DNA of 64,000 bases from an uncultured Planctomycetaceae bacterium (GCA_963815195.1 CAWFGE010000008.1:512001-576000), one strand, 5' to 3'. Counted from the stretch's first letter, positions 9,471 through 20,208 are shown. Notes: generated from the letters alone by a model not told the origin. Numbers and translations are program-made.

Positions 9471-10097
9471 TTATGAGGTCTTGGATTTCCCCGTCAACAC
9501 ATTCATGTGGATCAGATGCGGGACGCTCTTGGCGTCCATTTTTTTCATGATTTTGGCGCGGTGGGCTTCGATCGTTTTGAAGGACACGCCCAATTCGCCG
9601 GCGATTTCCTTGCTCGACATCCCCGCCACGACAAAATCCATCACCTCGGCTTCGCGCTTGGTGAGCGATTCCAACCGCTCGGTGATTTCCTTATTATTGG
9701 CCCGCGTCTGCCGGAGTTTGCGGTCGAGCTCGAGCGCCTCTTGAATGTGGTCGAGCAGGATCTGATCGCAGACCGGCTTTTCGATGAAGTCGAGCGCCCC
9801 CGCCTTGATGGCCCGCACCGCCATCGGGACTTCGCCGTAGGCCGTCACGATGATGATCGGGATATCGATGTCGTGCTTGCGGAGATGGTCCTGGAGATCG
9901 AGGCCGCTCATGCCGGGCATGCGGACGTCGAGCACGACGCAGCCGGGCCGGTCCGGATCGTAATGGTCCAAAAAGGCCTGCGCGGACTCGTAAGTCTCCA
10001 CGCGCAGATCGACGGATTCGATCAGCCAGCGGAGCGACTTTCGCATCGCCCGGTCGTCGTCGACCACGAAAACGGTCGGTTCCTGTTCAGGATTCAT
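9471..10097 (-). CDS. FixJ/LuxR-type response regulator
   Basis: VFVVDDD, LDVRMPGMSG, A.DFIEKP receiver motifs; LTKREAEV...SSKEIA...KTIEAHRAKIMKK HTH. Confidence 0.93.
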   Translation of the reverse strand: MNPEQEPTVFVVDDDRAMRKSLRWLIESVDLRVETYESAQAFLDHYDPDRPGCVVLDVRMPGMSGLDLQDHLRKHDIDIPIIIVTAYGEVPMAVRAIKAGALDFIEKPVCDQILLDHIQEALELDRKLRQTRANNKEITERLESLTKREAEVMDFVVAGMSSKEIAGELGVSFKTIEAHRAKIMKKMDAKSVPHLIHMNVLTGKSKTS

Positions 10098-11777
10098 GTG
10101 ATCGGCTCGCGAGGCATCGGGGAAGATTGAAACGGAACGTGGCACCGGATCCAGCATTTTGCAGGCCCTCCAAACGGCCGCCGTGCGACTCGATAATAGA
10201 ACGGCTGACAGGCAGCCCCATGCCCAGGCGCTTTTCCTGGGTCGTAAAAAACGGTTCAAAAATTCGTTCCTCGAATCCCGGCGTCAGACCCCGCCCGCAA
10301 TCGGTGACGGACACCATGATGTCCTTCGAAGTGGGGGCGTCCACCTGGATCAAGATTTGCCGGCAAGGCTTCGATTCGGAATCGGCCTCCCGCGACTCGG
10401 TCTTGTCGTGCTCGAGCGGCTTCATGGCGTCCACGGCGTTCAGCAGCAAATACACCAGCACCTGTTCGATTTGCAGCGGGTCTCCGTAAACCCGGGGCGA
10501 TTTGATCTTCATATCGAGCCGAACGCTCAAATCGTGCGAGCGGACTTCGGGATCCGTCAGCCGGATCGCGTCGATAATCACATCGGTGAGGTCGGTTTCG
10601 CTTTGGTGGAGTTCGCGTTTTTGCAAGAAGCCCCGCAGCGTGCGGATGTAATCGCTGGCCCGGTTGCACTGCTCGACAATGTCTTGTTGGGCTTCGAGAA
10701 GTTGGCCGGTTGTCACGTCGTCGGCCTTCAACCGCCGGATGCACCCGTGGGCGTAATTGGAGATCGCCGCGAGCGGGTTGTTGAGATAATGGGCCATGAT
10801 CGCGAGCATCTCGGCCATTGTCGCCGCCCGCGAAAGTTGTTCGAGTTCCCGTTCGCGCTTGCGTTCCAAATCTTCCATCGCGGGAGCTGCGTGACATCCC
10901 GGGCGATGACCATCACGGAAACCACTTCCTCCGCGGGCTTAAACGGTCCCAGCCGGCAGGCGTAAACCCGCCGCTTGCCGTCCGGGTCTTCGGAGTCGAC
11001 TTCGAGCTCCACGGTTTCGCCGGTTTCAAACGCCTGTTTCAGAGAGCGTTCGATGTCCGCGTTTCGATCCGGATCGACAAAGTCGTAAATGTTCGCCCCC
11101 ACCACGTCCTCCCAGTTCAACGGAGGAATCGTGCGGTTGATGAACAGAATCGTCCCGTCCCGCACCACGGACAGCACGTAATCCGGCAAATAGGTCAGCA
11201 GCGATCGGAACGGTCCGTTGGGCTCGTGGATGAGATCCCACGCGGCCGGGATGGCCGGCTTTCCGAACGGGGCCTCCTCCAAGGGCGGATTTTGAGCCGG
11301 CCCGCCGTCGGCCGAAGCCCCCGCCACCAACACCACGCCCCGCACGCCGACCAGGTCGCGCTCGGGATTCCACAGCGGCGTGAAATGGCAGTCCACGACG
11401 TGCCGATGGATGGAGAGGCGCTTCGAGAACGTTTCGCCCCGCAAAGCCCGCTCCAAAGCCTGCCGCATTTCCGGGGCGTCCCCAAATACGTCCAGAACCG
11501 ATTGCCCGTAGATTTCCCCGGCCGCAAGGCCCAGAAGGTCCACGCCCGAGCCCTGGAACTGCGTGATCTTCCCTTCCCGGTTGACGGTCCAGACCACGGC
11601 GGGAATCACCGAGAGCGCATACTCCAACTGCTCCCGGCTGGGCGATGCCAGCTCCCAGTGTTTGCGCTCCTCTTCCAGCGAAGCGTTCCGCCGGTCGAGT
11701 TCCTTCCGCGCGCGGCGCAAATCCGCTTTGAGGGACTCGATCTTCTCCTCAAGCTGTCTGACGTCGGGATCCGCCAT
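10087..11777 (-). CDS. PAS-PAS sensor histidine kinase (FixL-like), split by one frameshift near 10880
   Basis: ORF 10728-11777 has two PAS domains ending IARDVTQ; ORF 10087-10878 has the H-box (MAHYLNNPL), QIEQVLVYLLLNA, D.G.G, IFEPFFTT, GMGL; overlaps the regulator start. Confidence 0.88.
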
Positions 11778-11844
11778 GTCTTGGTTTCACTGAAAAGAGG
11801 AAGTGTTGCTGTTCGGCAATAATCCGCCCGACTTAAGAACCAAC

Positions 11845-11929
11845 GATCCGCCGGAACGCGCTCGCGTCCGGTTGTTGCGATGAACCGGGGCGGTGCCCCC
11901 CTGCGGGCGGTGCCCCCCTGCGGCGAATC
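11845..11929. repeat. REP-like doublet, family B, with internal 17-bp duplication
   Basis: gatccgccggaacgcgctcgcgtccggtt ... aaccgg(ggcggtgcccccctgcg)x2 gcgaatc. Confidence 0.8.
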
Positions 11930-11934
11930 GACCC

Positions 11935-12996
11935 TCACTTCTTCGAAAGCGTCTCTGCGATTTTTTCCAGCTTCAAGTCGCGGGCCAGATCCAATGCCGT
12001 CTTTCCGTCCTTGTTTTTTTTATTCCGATCCGGCTGCGATTTCAATAACTCTTCCACAATATCCAAATGATCCGTCGCCACCGCCAGGTGTAATGGTGTA
12101 TCCTGATTCTTGGTTTGGGCGTTGATGTCGGCCCCTTGCTCTAACAGGAACGCCACCATTTTGGAGTGACCGTGGGCGGCGGCGAGGTGCAGCGGGGTTT
12201 CGCCTTCCTTGGTCGCGGCTTTTAGATTCGCCTTGTTTTCCAGGAGCAGCTTGAGCACATCCAACGCCCCCTGCCGGGCCGCGATGTGAATGGGCGCCTC
12301 GTCCTTCGGCTGGGCGTTCACGTCGGCTTTGTGCTCGATCAGCATTTTGGCGATCTCGAGCTGATTGTTGTAAGCCGCCATATGGAGCGCCGTGTGCCCA
12401 TTCGCGTCGGCCAGTTTGGCGTCGGCTTTGTGATCGAGCAAGATTTTCGCGATGGTCTTCGATCCATTGAATGCCGCCCAGTGCAGCGGGGTCTGGTCCA
12501 GGTCGGACCGGGCATCGATCGGGGCCTTGTGGTTTAAGAGGGCCGTCACAATCTTGGGATCGTTCGCCTCGACCGCGTGATGCAGCGGCGTGTACTTCTT
12601 GGCGTCCAAAGCCTTCACGTCCGCCTTGGCGTTCAACAACATCGTCACAATCTCGCCGTGGGCTTCGGTGCAGGCCAGATGCAGCGGGGTGTAATTGTTT
12701 TTCGACTTGGGATCGACCGTGGCTTTGTTCTTGAGCAGAAACTCGGCGATCTCCTTCTGATTCAAGAGGGCCGCATAATGCAGCGGGCGGAGTCCGCTTT
12801 CGTCGGCCGCTTCGATCAATTTGGGATCGGATTCGACCAGCTTTTTGATCGCCGGCAGCTTGCCTTCCGCGACCGCCTCGTGAATCTCCCCCGCTCGAAG
12901 AGTGGCCGCCATTTGCCAGCCCGCCAGGAGCATCGCCCACAAACACAACCGCCGGCATCGGCCACGCGGGAAAACGGATAGCGAGCAAATCTTCAT
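11935..12996 (-). CDS. exported ankyrin-repeat protein (about 9 repeats)
   Basis: Recurrent TPLH.A...G...I...LL...AD.NA units at 33-aa spacing after a signal-peptide-like N-terminus. Confidence 0.93.
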   Translation of the reverse strand: MKICSLSVFPRGRCRRLCLWAMLLAGWQMAATLRAGEIHEAVAEGKLPAIKKLVESDPKLIEAADESGLRPLHYAALLNQKEIAEFLLKNKATVDPKSKNNYTPLHLACTEAHGEIVTMLLNAKADVKALDAKKYTPLHHAVEANDPKIVTALLNHKAPIDARSDLDQTPLHWAAFNGSKTIAKILLDHKADAKLADANGHTALHMAAYNNQLEIAKMLIEHKADVNAQPKDEAPIHIAARQGALDVLKLLLENKANLKAATKEGETPLHLAAAHGHSKMVAFLLEQGADINAQTKNQDTPLHLAVATDHLDIVEELLKSQPDRNKKNKDGKTALDLARDLKLEKIAETLSKK

Positions 12997-13324
12997 CAAA
13001 ACAACTCTCGCAAGAGACCCGGCCGGAATGGAAATCGAGGGCGTACAGGCTCTCGAACCCTATCACGATACCCGGTTGTTCGGCCCGATACCAATAGTGG
13101 TCATTCATAGCGTATGACATTTTTACCAAGGGTTAGAAGATTTGTCGATCGAAAAGTTCCGCAAAAACCCGGGCCGTTTGCCGGTTTTCCCGGAGATGCC
13201 TGGCTGAGCAATCATCGTGAGTGCACCCGCGGGCGGGGGTTTCGGTTCTTTTCCCGCGCGGGTTTGATATGATGGGCGGGAACGTTGATGCAGTCTGGAT
13301 GACGACTTTCCAACAGGTGCGATA

Positions 13325-15163
13325 ATGCAGCGAACGGCGATTGGAATCTGTCTTCTCGCATTGGCCTTGATTTGGGGCACACGCAAACCCCAAGCCCAGG
13401 AACCCGGATCGAAATCCGATCCTCAATCGGCAACGTCTCCCAACCAGGAACCGGACCGCTCGCCGGTGGATGTCGCCCTCTCGCCGGGGGGTGCCTGGCT
13501 CGTGACGGCCAACCAAACAGCCGGCAGCGTTTCGCTCGTCGATGTTGCCGAGCAAAAAGTTCTCGACGAAATCTCCGTGGGCGAGCATCCGGCGTTTATC
13601 ACGCTTTGCCCGGACGGGCGGACCGTGTTGGTCAGCTGCGAATATGCCGGGACAGTCGCGGTGCTGATGGTGGACGGGGGAAAGCTCAAACTCCTGGGCG
13701 AGATCGCGGTGGGTTTCCAGCCTTGCGGGATTGCCGTCGCTCCCAAGGGAACCACCGCATTCGTCGGTCTGGTCGCGACGGGAGAAGTCGCCGAGGTGGA
13801 TTGGAAGACCCTAAAAGTTCTGAGGCGGTTTGAGGCGGGGCATTGGCCGCGGTATCTCACGTTGTCTCCGGACGGCAAACGCCTGGCGGTGGGCCTCGCC
13901 GGGGAATCGCGGGTGGTCGTGCTCGATGCCGAGACGGGAAAGGAACTGCACGAGAACCGTTTGATCGGCGGGATCAATTTCGGGCACATGCAGTCCTCGG
14001 CCGACGGCAAGTTTGCCTACATGCCCTGGATGGTTTACCGCAGCAATCCGATCACCGAGCGGAACATTCGCCTGGGCTGGGTGCTCGCCAGCCGGATTGC
14101 CCGCGTGCGGATGGACGAAGAAGCGTACCGCGAAGCGATCTCGCTCGATGTCCCCCGCGAAGCCATCGCGGACCCGCACGGACTCGCGATCAGCCGGGAT
14201 GAAAAACGCCTGGTCGTTTCCGCGGCCGGGACGCACGAACTCTTGATTTACGGTTTGCCGGATTTGCCGTTCGTCGGCGTGGGCGGGCCGGGCGATTTGA
14301 TCGACCGCCGGCTGTTGAGCAACCGCGACATGTTTTACCGGTTGCCGCTCAAAGGGCGGCCGATGGGTTTGGAGATGGCCGCCGACAGCCGGACCGTCTA
14401 TGTCGCCAACTCGCTCCGCAACTCGGTGCAGGTGGTCGATATTGATGAAGGCACGATCGAGGGCGAAATCTTCCTGGGCGGTTCCCAAACGCCCGCGCTG
14501 GCCCGGCGGGGCGAGGAGATTTTTTATGACGGGGGCCGCAGCTTGGATCAGTGGTATAGTTGCCACACGTGCCATCAAGACGGCGGCACCAACGGCCGGC
14601 CGATGGACACGATGAACGACGGCAGCCGAATGACGTTCAAAACTGTGCTGCCGCTTTACAATGTGCATCACACCAAGCCCTGGACCTGGCACGGCTGGCA
14701 GGAGGATCTCCATAACGCGATGCATAAATCCATGACCTCCACCATGCTCGGCCGAAGCCCCAACGAAGAAGACACCAAAGCTTTGTTGGCGTATTTGGAC
14801 AGCCTGAAACTGCCGCCCAATCCCTTCCGCATGCCCGATGGTTCCTTGACCGCCGCGGCTGCTCGCGGGAAGCAGGTTTTCGAGAGCCGCAAAGCCGGCT
14901 GCGCGAATTGCCACAGCGGTCCCTACTTCACCGACGGCAAAATCCACGATGTGGGGCTGGGTTCGCCGGACGACCAGTATCAAGGCTATAACACGCCTTC
15001 GCTGTTGGGCGTGTATCGGCGGGTGCGGCTCCTGCACCACGGCCGCGCCAAATCGTTGGAAGATCTGCTCACGGACCTTCACGCCCCGGGCAAAGTCGCC
15101 GGCGAAAGCGATCTTTCCGCCGAGGAACTCAAGGATTTGATCGCCTATTTGAAATCCTTGTGA
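13325..15163 (+). CDS. exported YVTN-type beta-propeller fused to a di-haem cytochrome c (peroxidase/MauG-like) domain
   Basis: Signal peptide; repeats such as SVSLVD..., ISVGEHP, IAVGFQP, VYVANS; two CxxCH motifs (CHTCH, CANCH); YNTPSLLGV...LLHHGRA. Confidence 0.85.
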   Translation: MQRTAIGICLLALALIWGTRKPQAQEPGSKSDPQSATSPNQEPDRSPVDVALSPGGAWLVTANQTAGSVSLVDVAEQKVLDEISVGEHPAFITLCPDGRTVLVSCEYAGTVAVLMVDGGKLKLLGEIAVGFQPCGIAVAPKGTTAFVGLVATGEVAEVDWKTLKVLRRFEAGHWPRYLTLSPDGKRLAVGLAGESRVVVLDAETGKELHENRLIGGINFGHMQSSADGKFAYMPWMVYRSNPITERNIRLGWVLASRIARVRMDEEAYREAISLDVPREAIADPHGLAISRDEKRLVVSAAGTHELLIYGLPDLPFVGVGGPGDLIDRRLLSNRDMFYRLPLKGRPMGLEMAADSRTVYVANSLRNSVQVVDIDEGTIEGEIFLGGSQTPALARRGEEIFYDGGRSLDQWYSCHTCHQDGGTNGRPMDTMNDGSRMTFKTVLPLYNVHHTKPWTWHGWQEDLHNAMHKSMTSTMLGRSPNEEDTKALLAYLDSLKLPPNPFRMPDGSLTAAAARGKQVFESRKAGCANCHSGPYFTDGKIHDVGLGSPDDQYQGYNTPSLLGVYRRVRLLHHGRAKSLEDLLTDLHAPGKVAGESDLSAEELKDLIAYLKSL

Positions 15164-15196
15164 CGGCTCCACGGGCGACTTGGCGATTGCAGCAGG

Positions 15197-15272
15197 AACC
15201 GGGCTAGCGCCCTGCGGCTAATAAATGCAACAACCAATTCGAACATCCGCCGGAACGCGCGAGCGTCCGGTT
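15197..15272. repeat. REP-like doublet, family B (arms in reverse order)
   Basis: aaccgggctagcgccctgcggctaat ... atccgccggaacgcgcgagcgtccggtt. Confidence 0.75.
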
Positions 15273-15359
15273 TCACAGAATCAAATTGCCCCGCCGGAGC
15301 GCGCGGGTTTATGATGGATTGTTCCCGGCGTCACCTGAACCCTCTCCGAAACAAAGTCC

Positions 15360-17429
15360 ATGAGCCAATCCGCCGACTCGCCTTCTTCCAAGGAGTTCGA
15401 TTCCGCTCGCAACGAGGAAAACGAGCGGGAAGGTTTGAGCAGCGCCGACCTGCCTTCCGAAGCGGCCCGGCGGATCGACGATCTCTGTGATCGATTCGAA
15501 GCCGCCTGGCGGAGCGATGCCTCGGTGCCGCCGGTCATCGAAGACTTTTGGTCGCTGGCTTGGGAAACCGGCTTATCCAAAACCGAGATGCCGGTGCTGT
15601 TGAAAGAGCTGGTGATCCTCGATTTGAAATACAAGCAGCACGCGGGCCTCTCGGACACCGTGAACCTGGAAGCCTATTTCACGCGGTTCCCCGGCTGCCG
15701 GCCTTGGATTGCCGAGGCATTCCAAATCGCGGGCTTCGAGGTCCCGGCGAGTTTTGTCTCGTCGGTCAGCCAGGAAACGTCCCGCGTGCCGATGGAGACT
15801 TCTTCGGGGTTCAACCTGGTCTCCGAGGGGATGCTTAATGACGTTCGCGCTGCGCAACTCAAAACGACGATCCACGAATTGTCCCTGCAATTGGGCGATT
15901 ACGAAATCCAAGAGCAACTGGGCCAAGGCGGGATGGGCGTGGTGTACCGGGCGTTCGATCCCGTGATGCACCGCACCGTGGCCATCAAGGTGCTGACGGA
16001 AGACCGCACGGGCAGCAAAGAAGCGGTCGAGCGGTTTCGCCGGGAGATCCGCTTGCTCGCCGGTTTGAGCCACGAGAACATCGTCCGCGCCTTCCATGCG
16101 AAAGTCGATCCCGCCACCAACACGCATTACCTCGTAATGGAGCATGTCGAGGGGGTCGATCTGGATGCCCTGGTCCGGCGGCTGGGGCGGCTGTCGATTC
16201 CCGATGCGTGCGAACTCGTCCGCCAGGCCGCCGTCGGCTTGCAGCACGCCCACGAGACCGACCTGATCCACCGGGACATCAAGCCGTCCAATCTGATGCT
16301 CACGTCGCGGGGGCAGGTGAAGGTCCTGGATTTGGGCCTGGCGAGGCTGCGGAGCGCCAATGAAGCCGGCGATCTCGAGCGGCTGACCAATCCGGGCCAG
16401 GTGATGGGCACGGTGCATTTCATGGCCCCGGAACAAGCCACGGAAACGCGGGCCGTGGATATTCGCGCGGATATCTACAGCCTGGGCTGCACGTTGTATA
16501 AGTTTCTCACCGGCGAAACGCCTTACGGAAACGACGAGGGTGCCACGCCGTTGCTGATCATCATGCAGCACGCCAAGGAGGAATTTCCCCGCGTCACGAA
16601 ACGGCGTCCCGAAGTGCCCGCGGGACTGGTGCGCGTGCTTGCGAAAATGGTCGCCAAGTCCCCGGACGACCGACCGAGCACGCCGGCCAAAGTCGCGGCC
16701 CAATTAAAACCCTTGTGCCGGGGCAGCAACCTTCCGGCATTGTTTGAAGCCTACGAAACCGGCACGCTCCCCCCGTCGGTTCCAACGGCGTCGCCGCGAA
16801 AATGGCTTCGGCGGACGTTCGTTGGGGCGCTCTTGATCGCGGGTTTGGGCATTGCCGGCAGCGTCTTTCTGCCTCGGCCGACGCCCGCCGATCCGTCCGT
16901 CGACCTGCTCGCCCTGATCGATGTGAACCGCGATGCCGTCCGGGGCGATTGGGAAAAGGCCGATGGCCTTCTGAAATCCCCGGCGAAACTTCCGCGCGCC
17001 TGCCTGCGGCTGCCCAAAACGCTGCCTGCGGAGTTTCGCTTGGAAATCACGGCGGATCGCAAAGACGGCGTCGACCTGATGTTCGTCAATCGCAGCCGGG
17101 AAACCCCGTTCGCTTTGCGGTTGTCGCAAAAGGCGGTCCCCAAAGCAGATGTCGTCGCCGCCGCGGAAGACGAAGGCCCCGTTCTGCAAAGGCCCTGGGA
17201 CGTCGAAAACCTCTACAATCCGAAGCCCCAGACGTTCGTGTTTCTGGTTCGGAGTGACAAACTGCGGATCGAACGCGACGGAAAGCTGCTCGCCGAGCGG
17301 TCGAACGATCCGCCGCTCCCGGCAAATCTTGACGGCATCCCGAACCGCTTGGGCTTTTATCTGGTGACGGACAGAAGCCAATACGAGTTCCCGCGAATCC
17401 GCCTGCTCCCGCTTGCCGCGGAAGAATAA
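15360..17429 (+). CDS. membrane Ser/Thr protein kinase (Hanks type)
   Basis: LGQGGMGVVY, VAIK, HRDIKPSN, KVLDLGLA, GTVHFMAPEQ, DIYSLG; TM helix near aa 487-505; N-terminal RIDDLCDRFEAAWR motif. Confidence 0.95.
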   Translation: MSQSADSPSSKEFDSARNEENEREGLSSADLPSEAARRIDDLCDRFEAAWRSDASVPPVIEDFWSLAWETGLSKTEMPVLLKELVILDLKYKQHAGLSDTVNLEAYFTRFPGCRPWIAEAFQIAGFEVPASFVSSVSQETSRVPMETSSGFNLVSEGMLNDVRAAQLKTTIHELSLQLGDYEIQEQLGQGGMGVVYRAFDPVMHRTVAIKVLTEDRTGSKEAVERFRREIRLLAGLSHENIVRAFHAKVDPATNTHYLVMEHVEGVDLDALVRRLGRLSIPDACELVRQAAVGLQHAHETDLIHRDIKPSNLMLTSRGQVKVLDLGLARLRSANEAGDLERLTNPGQVMGTVHFMAPEQATETRAVDIRADIYSLGCTLYKFLTGETPYGNDEGATPLLIIMQHAKEEFPRVTKRRPEVPAGLVRVLAKMVAKSPDDRPSTPAKVAAQLKPLCRGSNLPALFEAYETGTLPPSVPTASPRKWLRRTFVGALLIAGLGIAGSVFLPRPTPADPSVDLLALIDVNRDAVRGDWEKADGLLKSPAKLPRACLRLPKTLPAEFRLEITADRKDGVDLMFVNRSRETPFALRLSQKAVPKADVVAAAEDEGPVLQRPWDVENLYNPKPQTFVFLVRSDKLRIERDGKLLAERSNDPPLPANLDGIPNRLGFYLVTDRSQYEFPRIRLLPLAAEE

Positions 17430-17456
17430 ATCGGCGCTTTGCAAGTCGGCAGGACC

Positions 17457-17537
17457 TGGGTGCCACGCTCCTGAGCGCAGCGAAGGGCGTGGCAATCGCC
17501 TAGACCACGCCCTTCGTTCCTCAGGGCATGCCACCCA
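17457..17537. repeat. long imperfect palindrome between convergent genes (REP-like or bidirectional terminator)
   Basis: tgggtgccacgctcctgag..cgaagggcgtgg / ccacgcccttcg..ctcagggcatgccaccca. Confidence 0.7.
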
Positions 17538-17558
17538 AAACTTTCGGCTGAGGAATGA

Positions 17559-20036
17559 TTATCGGCGGAGCGCGGGTTCCACCAGCAATTGCCCTCGGGG
17601 AGAAAGCTCCACCGTCACCGCGCCGTCATCGGATGTCGAGAGCAGCCGAGCCGAGGAACCATAAACCTTTTTGAGTTCCGCCATTCGCCCGGGCACGTGT
17701 CCGCCGGCGACGACCACGACGGCGGGATTCGCCCAATCGGACAGCTCCCGCGTGTTCGCCGTCCGGCTGCCGTGGTGCGGGGCCTGCATAATGTCGATCG
17801 AGCCGGTTTCGCTCGCCATCAGGTCATCCAGGCCTTCGCGTTCGACATCGCCCATCAACAACAAACTCCGCCCGGCGTGCGTGAAGCGAACCACGAGGCT
17901 GTTCGCGTTGCTGTGGGCATACACCGTCCGCGGGTCGGGATGCAGGACTTCCACGCGGACCGATGGATCGAACGCCAACCGGTCCTCCTTGCCGATGGTG
18001 CGGATGGGGATCTTCTCCCGCACCAACCGCTCGACCAGATACGGCACGACGGCTTGCGGGGATTTGAGCAGCGGCTGCGCCAGGAACACCTGGGCGACGG
18101 GAACTTCCTCGGCGAGCCGGGGTATCGCATTGACGTGATCCAGATCGCCGTGCGAAACCGCGATGGCATCCAGGCGCGTGATGCCGCGCTCCCAGAGGGC
18201 GCTTCGGACCACGCGAAACGCCCGCTCGCCGTCGTCCAACGCTCCTGCATCGAACAGCAGCGTCTTTCCATTGGGAAACTCCACCAGAATCGCCGAGCCA
18301 TGCCCCACCGAAAGAAACGTGCACCGTAAACCCGGCGGAGCGTCCGGGACCGTGGCAACGCCCAGACCCCAGGCCGTCCAGCCCAAGATGGCGACCGCCC
18401 CCCCAAACCGCGGCCGCGAGATCCTGGGCCCCCAATAATACAGCCCCGCGAGCAGCGAATAATAACCGAAGAGCCACCAGCCCGGCGGACCGGCGACGTA
18501 CAAATGCCCCAACCGCACGCCCGCGCCCCACTCCACGAGATGCAAAAACAGCGTAAGCCCCCAATCCAAAGGAACCGCAAACACGGCCGCGGCCGCCGGC
18601 ATTATCCAACCCAAGAGCAGCGTGATATACCCCCACCACAACAGCCCGACCACCAGCGGGATCAACACGATGTTGAGCAGAAACCCGATGGGCGAGATCA
18701 GATGAAACTCCGCCGCGATCAAAGGCCCCGTCAACAGCCAGATCCCGAGCATCACGGCCCAGGACTTCCACAGAACCCCCCAGAGGCGCTTCGCGAATTG
18801 AACCAGCCGATTCTCCAATTCGGATTCATCCGGAGCCAACTTGGGGCGGCGCGGGGCCGGAAACCAGCGTGCGGCGACGAGGATTCCCATCACCGCCAGA
18901 AACGACAGTTGAGTGCCGACGTCGAACAGGTTCGTCGGATTCCAGCCGAGAATCACCAACGCCGCGATCGCCAGGATATTGTGCGGATGCGATTGCTTAT
19001 CGGCGAGCCGACCCAGTCCGGCGATCGCGAGCAGCACCGCCGCCCGCACGATGGGAGGCCGGCCGCCCGAGATGACCGCCAACCCCAAAACCGCGAGTAA
19101 CATAAGCAGCGTGGCCTTCGTTGCCGAGACATTGAGCAGCCGGCAAATCAGCCACACCAGGCCTGCGAGGATCCCCACGTGGAGCCCCGACAAAGCCAAA
19201 ACGTGCATCATGCCGCTTTCGGCAAACGCCGTCCGTAGATCTTCCGGCAAAGAAGATCGGCTGCCCATGAGCAGCGCCCGAGCGACTTGGGCGTTTCGCG
19301 GGTGAAGCGAGGCATTCAAAACTCGCTCGCCGCGCATGCGGAACTCATCCACCCGCCGGCTCAGGCTGCCTTCCGCGTCCTGCGAAATCCGCGTGACGGC
19401 CGCGGGATCGCCCACGCGAAGAATGCACTCGATGCGATCGTGCTTGAGATAATTCCCAAAGTCGTAGTCCCCGGGATTCGCCGGCGGCGAGGGTTTCGAC
19501 GCCCAGCCAAACACCTCGACGGCATCGGCCACGCGGAGCTTTGAAACACGGCCGCTCACGCGCACCTGAACTTGCCCGCGAACCGGAACGAACCGCGGCC
19601 CGTCTTTCAGCGATTCAGAGCGGAGTGTCAGAATCGTCGTATCGGTTGCGGGAAAGGCGGAGCGGAACGGTGTCTCGCTTTTGACTCTCAGCATCGGCGG
19701 CTCGGCGATCGTTCCTCGCAGCCGAACCAGCCGGGATTCCTCGCTGACGAACCGGGAAATGTCATCGACCGACGACAGCGACCAGAACGCATGATGCCGA
19801 ATTCCGCCCAGGCAAAGCCAGCACCCGCACAAAGTCGCGGCGACGATCTTCAGCCGGCGCTCTTTCGCCCCCCAAACCGCGACCGCCGCGCAAACCACGC
19901 TGGCGAAAACCCAACTCCACCAAGTAAACCGTCCCACGAAGCGATCGAGCACAATCCCCGCCGCAAAACTCACTGCCACCGGCACAGCGGGTTGCCGAAC
20001 TCGCATCAGGGAAATGTCGGCCGGTGAGGAAAACAT
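17559..20036 (-). CDS. comEC: ComEC/Rec2 DNA-uptake channel with C-terminal metallo-beta-lactamase domain
   Basis: PANPGDYDF, HVLALSGLHVG, GTQLSFLAV, LSVGHGSA, SHGDLDH, N.NSLV, GDVE, PHHGS. Confidence 0.93.
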   Translation of the reverse strand: MFSSPADISLMRVRQPAVPVAVSFAAGIVLDRFVGRFTWWSWVFASVVCAAVAVWGAKERRLKIVAATLCGCWLCLGGIRHHAFWSLSSVDDISRFVSEESRLVRLRGTIAEPPMLRVKSETPFRSAFPATDTTILTLRSESLKDGPRFVPVRGQVQVRVSGRVSKLRVADAVEVFGWASKPSPPANPGDYDFGNYLKHDRIECILRVGDPAAVTRISQDAEGSLSRRVDEFRMRGERVLNASLHPRNAQVARALLMGSRSSLPEDLRTAFAESGMMHVLALSGLHVGILAGLVWLICRLLNVSATKATLLMLLAVLGLAVISGGRPPIVRAAVLLAIAGLGRLADKQSHPHNILAIAALVILGWNPTNLFDVGTQLSFLAVMGILVAARWFPAPRRPKLAPDESELENRLVQFAKRLWGVLWKSWAVMLGIWLLTGPLIAAEFHLISPIGFLLNIVLIPLVVGLLWWGYITLLLGWIMPAAAAVFAVPLDWGLTLFLHLVEWGAGVRLGHLYVAGPPGWWLFGYYSLLAGLYYWGPRISRPRFGGAVAILGWTAWGLGVATVPDAPPGLRCTFLSVGHGSAILVEFPNGKTLLFDAGALDDGERAFRVVRSALWERGITRLDAIAVSHGDLDHVNAIPRLAEEVPVAQVFLAQPLLKSPQAVVPYLVERLVREKIPIRTIGKEDRLAFDPSVRVEVLHPDPRTVYAHSNANSLVVRFTHAGRSLLLMGDVEREGLDDLMASETGSIDIMQAPHHGSRTANTRELSDWANPAVVVVAGGHVPGRMAELKKVYGSSARLLSTSDDGAVTVELSPRGQLLVEPALRR

Positions 20037-20050
20037 GGCGCGGCAGCCAT

Positions 20051-20208
20051 CCCTCGTTCCCAAGCTCCCGCTTGGAAACGGACTCTAAGAAACTCCGCTT
20101 CGCAACGCGTTCATAAACCAATCAACCCGGTGAGGCTCCGTCGTCACCGATTGGAGATCGAGTCGCCCGACGCTTCACACGTTGCCGGGCAGAGCTTGGG
20201 AACAAGGG
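20051..20208. repeat. MITE/REP-like element with imperfect ~29-bp terminal inverted repeats
   Basis: ccctcgttcccaagctcccgcttggaaacg (20051-20080) versus cgttgccgggcagagcttgggaacaaggg (20180-20208). Confidence 0.65.

Noticed and set aside
10870..10890. Programmed frameshifting at the split-gene junctions
   Set aside because: No consistent slippery heptamer, and the junctions need both +1 and -1 corrections; sequencing error is simpler.
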